This document shows, piece by piece, positions 38,975-46,283 of a stretch of DNA of 64,000 nucleotides. Position 1 is the stretch's first letter. Each line of letters opens with the position of its first letter. A program made the translations under genes and the position numbers. The DNA comes from a virus. Below the pieces are notes generated by a model, which was not told where the DNA came from, ran no database searches, and saw nothing but the letters and a program-made list of their open reading frames with translations. The stretch is taken from the IMG/VR virus record IMGVR_UViG_3300025073_000036, positions 30,887 through 94,886 of that record. One strand, written 5' to 3'.

Positions 38975-39915
38975 GCGGGCTGGCCTGGATGGAGCTGTGC
39001 GCCGGCACCGGCGCCGTGGCGCACCGTCTCGTGGGTGGCGCGGCGCACGACCCGGCGGTGACCTATCAGGGGGCAAAACGGCGCTACGCCACGGCCGTCC
39101 TGTCGGCTTTTGGTCTGCGGCCCGGGCAGGGCGCCGCGCGCGTGGTGCTTAACGATCCGGGGACCTGGGGCCTCGCCTGGCAGGCCATGCTCGATCCGCA
39201 GGCCGTCCAGGGCGCCGTGCGCGTCGTTCGTGGGTGGGCGCAGCAGCGCCTCGAGGGCCGCGCCCTCTTCGAGGCGCTGGCCACCCGCCCGCAGCCGGAC
39301 GATCCGGCCGAGTGGCTGGCCGCCTTCCTGGCCCTGCAGGACGGCTCGTTTGGCGCCCGCCCGGTCATCGCCAGCGAGGTCAGCGCGGTGTGGCGCACTG
39401 CCGGCTACGCGCGCGCCGCGTCGTTGCCAGAAGGCGCCGGGACTCGCAGCAACAATGGCTTCAAGTGGCGCCTCAACCCGGCCGGGCTGGCCCGCCGGCT
39501 CTCTCGTGCGGCGTCGGTGCGCTGGCCGGTGGCGACCACGATCCTGCGCTCGAGCGCGGCCGAGCTCGACCCGCGCGCGCTCGGCGTGGACCGTCACACC
39601 CGCGTCTACATCGACCCGCCCTACGCCGGCACCACCGGCTACGGGCCGACCCTGGGCCGGGCCGAGGTGGTCGAGGTGGCCCGGCGTTTCGCGGTTGCCG
39701 GGGCGACCGTGGCGATCTCCGAGGGCGAGCCCGTGGCCGAGCTCGTCGGCGAGGGCTGGCAGGTCGTGGACATCACCACCGTGCACCGGGGGCAACCGCG
39801 CAGCTTCACGAAGAGCCGGCGCGAGTGGCTGACCATGAACCGGCCGCCCGCGCACCGCCCTGCCGTGCAGGCCTCGCTCTTCGACCTCGACGAGGTGGCC
39901 GCGTGCCCGACCTGA
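38971..39915 (+). CDS. DNA adenine methyltransferase-like (D12 class), paralog of 30206
   Basis: ELCAG, YQGAK, LND, VYIDPPY, EWLT. Confidence 0.75.
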   Translation: MSGLAWMELCAGTGAVAHRLVGGAAHDPAVTYQGAKRRYATAVLSAFGLRPGQGAARVVLNDPGTWGLAWQAMLDPQAVQGAVRVVRGWAQQRLEGRALFEALATRPQPDDPAEWLAAFLALQDGSFGARPVIASEVSAVWRTAGYARAASLPEGAGTRSNNGFKWRLNPAGLARRLSRAASVRWPVATTILRSSAAELDPRALGVDRHTRVYIDPPYAGTTGYGPTLGRAEVVEVARRFAVAGATVAISEGEPVAELVGEGWQVVDITTVHRGQPRSFTKSRREWLTMNRPPAHRPAVQASLFDLDEVAACPT

Positions 39916-40232
39916 CCCCCCGACAGGCGGCCGTGCTCGGCGCGCTCGTGGCCGGCCTCGTCCACCGGGGCCGCGCCCCGACGGCGCGCGAGGTCTGCGC
40001 CGCGCTCGGTCTGCGCTCGCCCGGCACGGTCTCGGCCCACTGCGCCGAGCTGCGCCGCAAGGGCTACCTGGGGCCGGGCGGGGCCGTGCTCGTGGGCCTC
40101 GACGGTCGCCCCTTCGACCTGTGCACCGCCACCCTGGCCGGTGTGCCGACCCGCACCCTGGCCGAGCACCTAGCCGGCCGCCCTGACGCGGGGGCGCTCG
40201 GCGCCGCCCTGCGTTCCCACCTGCCGCAGTAG
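39903..40232 (+). CDS. LexA-type HTH protein
   Basis: LTPRQAAVL...PTAREVCAALGLRSPGTV..H..EL.RKGYL. Confidence 0.75.
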   Translation: MPDLTPRQAAVLGALVAGLVHRGRAPTAREVCAALGLRSPGTVSAHCAELRRKGYLGPGGAVLVGLDGRPFDLCTATLAGVPTRTLAEHLAGRPDAGALGAALRSHLPQ

Positions 40233-40242
40233 GAGATCCACC

Positions 40243-40683
40243 GTGGGCAACCTGTTGAAGAAGGGCCGCCGCGCCGCCGCGCGCGCGGCGTTGAAGGCCG
40301 GCCCGGCTGCGCAGCGTCGGAAGAGCGCGGAGGACCAGTTGTGGCTGGCCCGCGTGCTCGACGCGGTCAAGCGGTTCCCGGCCTACGGCGCGGTCTACCA
40401 GAAGACCGTGGCCGTGCTCTCGCAGATGGACGAGCTGGTCAAGGTGTTCGGCGCCGCGCGCGAACGGCTCGAGGACGAGCAGCGGGCCGCCGGTCGCAAG
40501 CTCACGCTCGACGAGCTGCGCGAACGCATGACGGACGCCGAGCGGCGGGCCATCGACGAGCACCGCCACCTGCGCGACGAGCTGGAGACCGCGCTGGGGA
40601 TCAAGCCGGCCGCGCCGCCCGAAGTGGTCGAGATCCACGCCTGCTCGGCCTGCTCGGCCGAAACACAGACGCCGCTCGGGTGA
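40243..40683 (+). CDS. Hypothetical helical protein
   Basis: AGGAG RBS. Confidence 0.6.
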   Translation: MGNLLKKGRRAAARAALKAGPAAQRRKSAEDQLWLARVLDAVKRFPAYGAVYQKTVAVLSQMDELVKVFGAARERLEDEQRAAGRKLTLDELRERMTDAERRAIDEHRHLRDELETALGIKPAAPPEVVEIHACSACSAETQTPLG

Positions 40684-41210
40684 CCCCGGTCGAGGCCGCG
40701 CTGCGGGCCGTCGCGCACCTGCAAGCCGTTCTCCCGACCCGCCCGGGAGGCTGGCAGGTCGAGCCCGTGCACAACGGCTGCGCCGCCCTCGTCGGCGAGG
40801 GCCAGCACGGCGAGATCCGCGTGGAGGTGGACGGCGCCGCCCGCCTCGTGCGCCTGACGTTCGTGGCCCTCGAGGTCGGCGTCCTGCGCGTGGTGCGTCT
40901 GGCCATCGGCCCCGTGGAGGCCGGCCGCTCGTGGCCTGAGCGCCTGGCCGACGGGGCGGCGGCCTTCATGCGGGGCGAGCCGGACGCCGCAATCCGGCAC
41001 CGCCGCGCGCCGCCGCACTCGGCGCTGGCCGAGATCCGGGTGCGCTGGGCCTGCCCGGCCTGCGAGGCCGGGACGTGGACGCCCATGGGCCTCGTCCTGC
41101 ACCGGGGCGGGGCGGTCGCCTGCGCCACCTGCCGCAAGCCGGCCACCGTCGAGCTCGCGGCCGCCGCACAGCCCGTCCGGCTGCGCCTCGTGCAGGCGGG
41201 TGTGACGTGA
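40680..41210 (+). CDS. Hypothetical Zn-ribbon protein
   Basis: CPAC...CATC. Confidence 0.5.
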   Translation: MTPVEAALRAVAHLQAVLPTRPGGWQVEPVHNGCAALVGEGQHGEIRVEVDGAARLVRLTFVALEVGVLRVVRLAIGPVEAGRSWPERLADGAAAFMRGEPDAAIRHRRAPPHSALAEIRVRWACPACEAGTWTPMGLVLHRGGAVACATCRKPATVELAAAAQPVRLRLVQAGVT

Positions 41211-43372
41211 TTCGGCGCGCGCTGCTGGCCCTCCTGGCGGTCGCGCTGGCCGTGGCCGGCCTCGACCATGTCCGGCAGGTCGAGCGGGCCGGCGCGCGGG
41301 CGCTCGCGGCCGCGCTGGACGAGATCCGGGCGCGCTTTCTGAGCAACGACGAGGCCCGGGCGCTGCTCGCCCGCTGGGACACCGCCACGCACCTCGAGCG
41401 CGTGCGCCTGGCGGCGTGGAAGCTGCGCCGGGAGGACGCGGAAGCCACGGCCGCCGTGGCCCCCGTGGACGAGACCACCAAGGCCATGCTGGCGGTCGCG
41501 CACGAGCAACTGCTGCGCGACTCGCTGGCGTACTGGATGCGCCACGCGGCCGGCATGAAGGTCGGGCCGCATCACGTCGAATGGTCGGAGCTGCTGGTCG
41601 GGCACTCGCACCTCGCGCTCCTGGCAGCGCGAGGTCACGGCAAGTCGAGCTTCTGGTCGTATGCCTTCCCCCTGTGGCGGAGCTGGCGCGATCCGCACAC
41701 GCTCGGCCTGCTCGTCAGCAACACAGAGGGCCAGGTCTCGGCCCTGATGCGGCTGATCAAGGACGGCAAGAGCTTCACCGACGAGTACGGCGACGAGTGG
41801 ACGATGCCACCGGCGGCCACGATCCCGTGTCTCGCCCCGCTCATCCCGACCTCGTGGGAGACGACGTGGACCACCGAGCGGATCTGGTTCGAGAACGGCT
41901 CGCAATTCGTCGCCAAGACGTTCGGAAAGTCGTTTCGAGGCGCGCACGTCCAGTGGATCGTGGTCGACGACCCGCTGCGCGAGAATTCGCAATACAGCTC
42001 GGTGGACCGCAAGAAATCCAAGGACTTCCTGCACCGCACCATCGCCAAGATGCTGCTACCGGCGGCCTTCGCGCACCTCGTCGTGATCGGGACGCCGATG
42101 CACGGCGACGACCTGCACGCCGATCTCGCCGCGCTCTCGAAACGAGCCGACGACCGGGGCCGCGAGAAGGGCGACTGGTTGCACCGGAAGTATCCGGGGC
42201 ACTGGCGGACGAAAAACGGCCGCGACCGCTTCCTGTGGCCGGCCCTGCGGGCCGAGAAGTGGCACCGGCGCGAGAAGGAATCGAACAGCCTGGCCTACAT
42301 TCAGGAGGTCGAGCTGCGCCCGGTCTCCGACGAGACCTCGCTCTTCCCGCGCGAGCTCTTCTCGCGCCACCCGGACACGCTCGACAGCCTGAGCCGCCTC
42401 AAGCCGTCGCGGGGCGACATCGTCGCCGCCGGCTGGTCGGTCTACATGGGCGTCGACCTCGCGATCTCGGCCGAGGTAGGGGCCGACTTCACGGTGATCC
42501 TCGTGGTCGGCGTGGACGCGCACGGCGCCCGTCACCTCATCGACCTCGTGCGGGGCAAGGGCTGGTCGTTTGACGAGCAGTTGCAGCGGATCAAGGACGC
42601 CCACGCCAGCTACGGGACGGACCTGATCTTCATCGAGAGCAATCAGATGCAGATCTTGTTCGCCCAACAGCTTGCGCGGCGCACAGACCTGCCCGTCCGG
42701 CCGTTCCGCACCGGGGAAGAGAAACACACGCTCCGGCGCGGCGTGCCGTCGCTGCGGCCGTTGATCGAGAACGGCAAGTGGCGATTCCCGCGTGGTGACG
42801 CGCTCTCGGTCGAGCTGACCGACCTGCTGCTCGACGAGCTCAACGACTTCGGGTTCGTGGATGGCAAGGTCCAGGGCATCGGCAATCACGACGACTGCGT
42901 CATGGCCATGTGGATCGCCGATCAAGCCATCCGGGCCGGGGGCGAGTTCGGCTTCTCCGAGGGCGAGGACGACGGCGATCCGGCCGCGCGCGCCCGCCGG
43001 GCGGAGGCCGAGCGCCTGGCCGCGCTGGCGGACGCCAAGGGGCCGCAGGAACAGCTCGCGGCGCTGGTCGAGGCCGACCGGGCGGCCGAGAGTGCAACCC
43101 GGACGGCCGCGCGCGACGCTGTGGCCCCCCGGGTCAACCCGCACGCGGTCACCTGGCGGCACGCGGCCCTCATCCACCCCGACGGTGTCGAGGGCGTGCG
43201 CGACGCCTCGCGCGACCTGCCCGCCGACCGCGCCGATCATGTCCGGGCCTGGAATGCGCTCTCAGTCGAGCCCCCCAAAGTGGTCGAGTGCGATCCGGCC
43301 TTCGGGCAGCTCGTGCTCGTCCAGGGCATCGACATCACACGCGCGATGCTGCGCGACCTGCTCGGCCTGTAG
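41207..43372 (+). CDS. terL: Terminase large subunit
   Basis: Walker A ARGHGKS, Walker B IVVDD, IGTP, RNase H MGVDLA, IESN, HDDCVMA. Confidence 0.92.
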   Translation: MIRRALLALLAVALAVAGLDHVRQVERAGARALAAALDEIRARFLSNDEARALLARWDTATHLERVRLAAWKLRREDAEATAAVAPVDETTKAMLAVAHEQLLRDSLAYWMRHAAGMKVGPHHVEWSELLVGHSHLALLAARGHGKSSFWSYAFPLWRSWRDPHTLGLLVSNTEGQVSALMRLIKDGKSFTDEYGDEWTMPPAATIPCLAPLIPTSWETTWTTERIWFENGSQFVAKTFGKSFRGAHVQWIVVDDPLRENSQYSSVDRKKSKDFLHRTIAKMLLPAAFAHLVVIGTPMHGDDLHADLAALSKRADDRGREKGDWLHRKYPGHWRTKNGRDRFLWPALRAEKWHRREKESNSLAYIQEVELRPVSDETSLFPRELFSRHPDTLDSLSRLKPSRGDIVAAGWSVYMGVDLAISAEVGADFTVILVVGVDAHGARHLIDLVRGKGWSFDEQLQRIKDAHASYGTDLIFIESNQMQILFAQQLARRTDLPVRPFRTGEEKHTLRRGVPSLRPLIENGKWRFPRGDALSVELTDLLLDELNDFGFVDGKVQGIGNHDDCVMAMWIADQAIRAGGEFGFSEGEDDGDPAARARRAEAERLAALADAKGPQEQLAALVEADRAAESATRTAARDAVAPRVNPHAVTWRHAALIHPDGVEGVRDASRDLPADRADHVRAWNALSVEPPKVVECDPAFGQLVLVQGIDITRAMLRDLLGL

Positions 43373-43373
43373 A

Positions 43374-44402
43374 TCAGCAGGCGGGGAAGAGCTCGCACTG
43401 TACCCAGGCCTCGACCGGGGCCTCGACGGCGCAGGCTTCGACCGGGTCGAGCACGTCCCAGCGGGCGGGCAGCGCGGCCGGCCCGGCCTCCCAGCGGATC
43501 TTGTCCGGCGCGGCGTAGTCCAGGCGGTTGCCCGCCCGGGAGCCGCCGCCGCCGGGCGTCACCTTGCCCGGGCAGAGCGCCACCGGCCGCAGGCCCTTGT
43601 CGACCAGGGCGCGGTACGTCGTGCCCGCCTCGCTCGTGAGCTGGTAGGTGACGAAGAGCCACGAGCCATCCGGGTCACCGCGCCGAGAGCGCGGAGCGAG
43701 GTCGAGCAGGCGCGAGACGAGCATGGAGGCCGCGCCGAGCGTCGTGCCGTCCGAGGCCACGCGGGTCAGCTCGAGCACGTTGCGGGCCTCGACGCGGCCG
43801 GCGCCCCAGCGCCCGGTCGGGTGGCCTGCAGTGGCCACGGCCACGAGGCGCCCGCCGCGCTTCACGCCGACCGCGTACATGAGGCCGCGCGGGTTCATTT
43901 CCGGCATGGCGCTGTGATGCTCGGCGATGAAGGCCCGGGCCTCGTCGAGCGGCACGTTGACGAGACGCAACTTGCCCGCCGGGGCCAGCGCGTCGGCCAG
44001 GATCTCGCGCACGATGGCGTCGGGGATCTCGCCGCCGCGTGCGCTCGACCGCGCGACGAGCATCGCCGCGTCGGCCGCCTCCTCCGGCGTCCACCCGGGC
44101 ACGCCGAGCGCGAAGGGCAGTTCGTCCAGGGTGAAGGCGAATGAATCGGCCTCGTCGTCAACCTCGTCGAGCTCGGCCGGCGTCCAGTCGTAGACCTCGT
44201 GACCGGCGGCGCGCAGCGCGCCCTCGACGAGGTGCAATTCGCCGCCGTCGTAGAGCGCGACCACGCGGGCCACGAAGTCGTCGACGGCGGCTTCGGCCTC
44301 GGCCCGTGCGGGGCTGATCTCGCGGTAGCCGCGCTCACCCGGGCGAGGCGCAGCGGCGGAGCCGAAGCGGACGTGCAGGTCCACGCGGCCGTTGCTGCTC
44401 AT
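43374..44402 (-). CDS. Mom/XF1762-like GNAT-fold DNA-modification protein with N-terminal extension
   Basis: EARAFIAEHH...VAVATAGHP...LELTRVASDG...ASML...VTYQLTSEAGTTYRA...KIRW. Confidence 0.7.
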   Translation of the reverse strand: MSSNGRVDLHVRFGSAAAPRPGERGYREISPARAEAEAAVDDFVARVVALYDGGELHLVEGALRAAGHEVYDWTPAELDEVDDEADSFAFTLDELPFALGVPGWTPEEAADAAMLVARSSARGGEIPDAIVREILADALAPAGKLRLVNVPLDEARAFIAEHHSAMPEMNPRGLMYAVGVKRGGRLVAVATAGHPTGRWGAGRVEARNVLELTRVASDGTTLGAASMLVSRLLDLAPRSRRGDPDGSWLFVTYQLTSEAGTTYRALVDKGLRPVALCPGKVTPGGGGSRAGNRLDYAAPDKIRWEAGPAALPARWDVLDPVEACAVEAPVEAWVQCELFPAC

Positions 44403-45355
44403 CGGAAAGCCTCGACGCCGTAACAGGCCTCTTCGGCCGCGAAGTAGGCGGCCTCGCCCAGGCTGCACTCGTCGCCGGCCAGCAGGTCGCCCCATTCCTC
44501 GTGAGCGGGACCGATGCCATCCGGCGCGCCGGGGGCGAAGATCGCCGGCTGGAAGAAGTCAGCGGCCGCCACGGCCTCGATCTGCCGCCCGTACCAGTCG
44601 GCCATCGCCTCGATCCGAACGTCCATCGTGCGGCTGGCGAACTTGTTGCCGAACCTGGCGCCCGTGTCCCAGGCCATCGAGTCGATGGAGGCCACGCGCG
44701 GGTGAGCCGCCAGCGCCGAGAGGCCGCTCGACTTCACGCCGAAGAGGTGCAGGCGGACACCGGCGGGCAGCACCCGGTCGAGGGCGTCGACCACGGCGAG
44801 CAGGCCTTCCGACCCGTACACGCTGCGGCGACACATCGACCCCACGCCGACGAGCGCGAGGCCTTCGAGGCGCGCGCCGAGCTGCTGGACGTGCCAGACG
44901 TAGTCTTCGACCGTTCGGCCTTGGAGCACGGGCATCGGGGGCGCGATCCCGGCCTCACGGGCCAGCACCTCGCACTGGCCGAGCAGGCGGATCGTCTCGG
45001 CCTGCCGCAGGCGAACCGTGCCACGGTCGGCCGCGATCTCGGCCTCGCAGCAGGCGTCCATTTGCGCCCACCATGCCCAGCGACGCGAGGCCGCGAGGGC
45101 CACGTACTGCTCGACCGTCCAGGGGAATGCACCGTAGTGCGCATGGGCCACGAAGCCGGCCGAGTCGAGGGCCACGTCCAGGCCGTCGAGGTCGGGGCAG
45201 TCGGTGCGGAAGTCGGAGAACGTGCGCTCGAGGCCGCGCCCACGGTAGCGAGCAAGCGCGTTGGCGCTCACGAGCACCGCCGCGCCGAGCGAGCGAGCGG
45301 CGGCCGGCAGAGCGCCGCCGACGAGGGGCAGGCCAACGCGGATCGTGGTGCTCAC
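44399..45355 (-). CDS. dpdA: DpdA-like DNA 7-deazaguanine transglycosylase (TGT superfamily)
   Basis: LDSAGF, MDACCE, PVLQG, VGVGSMCRR, LHLFGVK, SIDSMAW. Confidence 0.75.
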   Translation of the reverse strand: MSTTIRVGLPLVGGALPAAARSLGAAVLVSANALARYRGRGLERTFSDFRTDCPDLDGLDVALDSAGFVAHAHYGAFPWTVEQYVALAASRRWAWWAQMDACCEAEIAADRGTVRLRQAETIRLLGQCEVLAREAGIAPPMPVLQGRTVEDYVWHVQQLGARLEGLALVGVGSMCRRSVYGSEGLLAVVDALDRVLPAGVRLHLFGVKSSGLSALAAHPRVASIDSMAWDTGARFGNKFASRTMDVRIEAMADWYGRQIEAVAAADFFQPAIFAPGAPDGIGPAHEEWGDLLAGDECSLGEAAYFAAEEACYGVEAFR

Positions 45356-45564
45356 TTGCTGGTCACCCGGCAGGTCTCGCAGGCCGGGCGGCCGCGCAGG
45401 TAGGGCGTCAGCTCGGCCATTTCGGTTTTCGTTACCCGGTGGATCTTCTGGCCGCTGATGTCTCGGCCGGTCATCCGGGCCGACGCTCCGAGGTGCGACG
45501 AGCAGTAGCAAGCGCCGTTGTCGCAGAAGTAGTGAGCACCTTCGACCAGCTTGAAACCGGGCAT
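45352..45564 (-). CDS. Small Cys-rich protein, first gene of the dpdA operon
   Basis: AAGGAG RBS; CDNGACYC..H...CETC. Confidence 0.65.
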   Translation of the reverse strand: MPGFKLVEGAHYFCDNGACYCSSHLGASARMTGRDISGQKIHRVTKTEMAELTPYLRGRPACETCRVTSK

Positions 45565-45618
45565 CTTCCGTCTCCTTACAACAGGTCTTCCGCCGCCCCG
45601 GCAGTCAGGGCAAGGTCA

Positions 45619-45647
45619 ACAGTAGGCGCGGCCCGCTAACAATGCAA
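45619..45647 (-). promoter_or_regulatory. Promoter of the dpdA operon with 17-bp operator (45623-45639)
   Basis: Minus TTGCAT-17-TACTGT; operator TAGGCGCGGCCCGCTAA. Confidence 0.65.
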
Positions 45648-45713
45648 CGGAAAAATGCACAACGGTACAAGCAACGTGATTCCAGCACGTTGCGCGCGCC
45701 GTGTCGGATGCGC

Positions 45714-45742
45714 TTGTCGGGTAGGCGCCGCACGCTCATAGT
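45714..45742 (+). promoter_or_regulatory. Rightward promoter with 17-bp operator (45722-45738)
   Basis: TTGTCG-17-CATAGT; operator TAGGCGCCGCACGCTCA. Confidence 0.55.
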
Positions 45743-45748
45743 TGTGCG

Positions 45749-46210
45749 CGGACACCCCTTGTCCCCGGGTCCAGGGCGGCGCAGCGCGGGTGCCCAACGC
45801 GCTGCGCCGCCCTCCGGTCTTTGACTACCCCCCGAGCAGGGCAAGGCCGCCCGTTCGATCCCCCGCCTCGACGCCTGGCAATCCGCCGTCGAGGCATTCG
45901 TGGGGCGCGGGCCAACGGTGTGCGTCCCCGACGCTGGTAAGTGCCGAGCCCGCCGCCACCTCCGGTGTTCCCCCACCGACGGCGGTTGAGAAGGACGAGC
46001 GGCCCGTGCGTCAAGCCAGGGCGGGCCGGTTCGTTGATAGATTCCCGTTGTGGCACCAGCCTGGGTAGCCGGTAGTGGACAATCCGGCCATCGCGGGCAA
46101 CCTTGCATCGGAAGGCGGCTACGCCCGACAACCCTGAAAGGGGCGGCCCGTCGGCAACGTCACAAAGCCGCAGCTCGCTCCCAAGCCTGCAGCAGGCAGC
46201 GAGCGCCCGG
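45749..46210 (+). ncRNA. Candidate large structured ncRNA (unclassified)
   Basis: About ten stems including a perfect 16-bp stem, GNRA loops, plus-strand G-U pairs; no credible ORF. Confidence 0.5.
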
Positions 46211-46283
46211 GCCGGTGCCTCTTCCTCTTCCGTGGCCGCGTGTTACGATGCGCGCCAGTCCAGCCTGGGGGAGCGGAAAGCGC

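Noticed and set aside
24743-40232. LexA-like genes as the prophage CI repressor
   Set aside because: They contain only the HTH, lack the autocleavage domain and sit inside the middle operon
45820-45880. tRNA suggested by the T-loop-like GTTCGATCCCC
   Set aside because: No T-stem, acceptor stem or anticodon arm could be built
45605-46283. ORFs across the gap (45605-46108 -, 45742-46068 +, 5' extension from 46050)
   Set aside because: No RBS and atypical composition; ATG 46284 has a purine-rich RBS and an upstream -10
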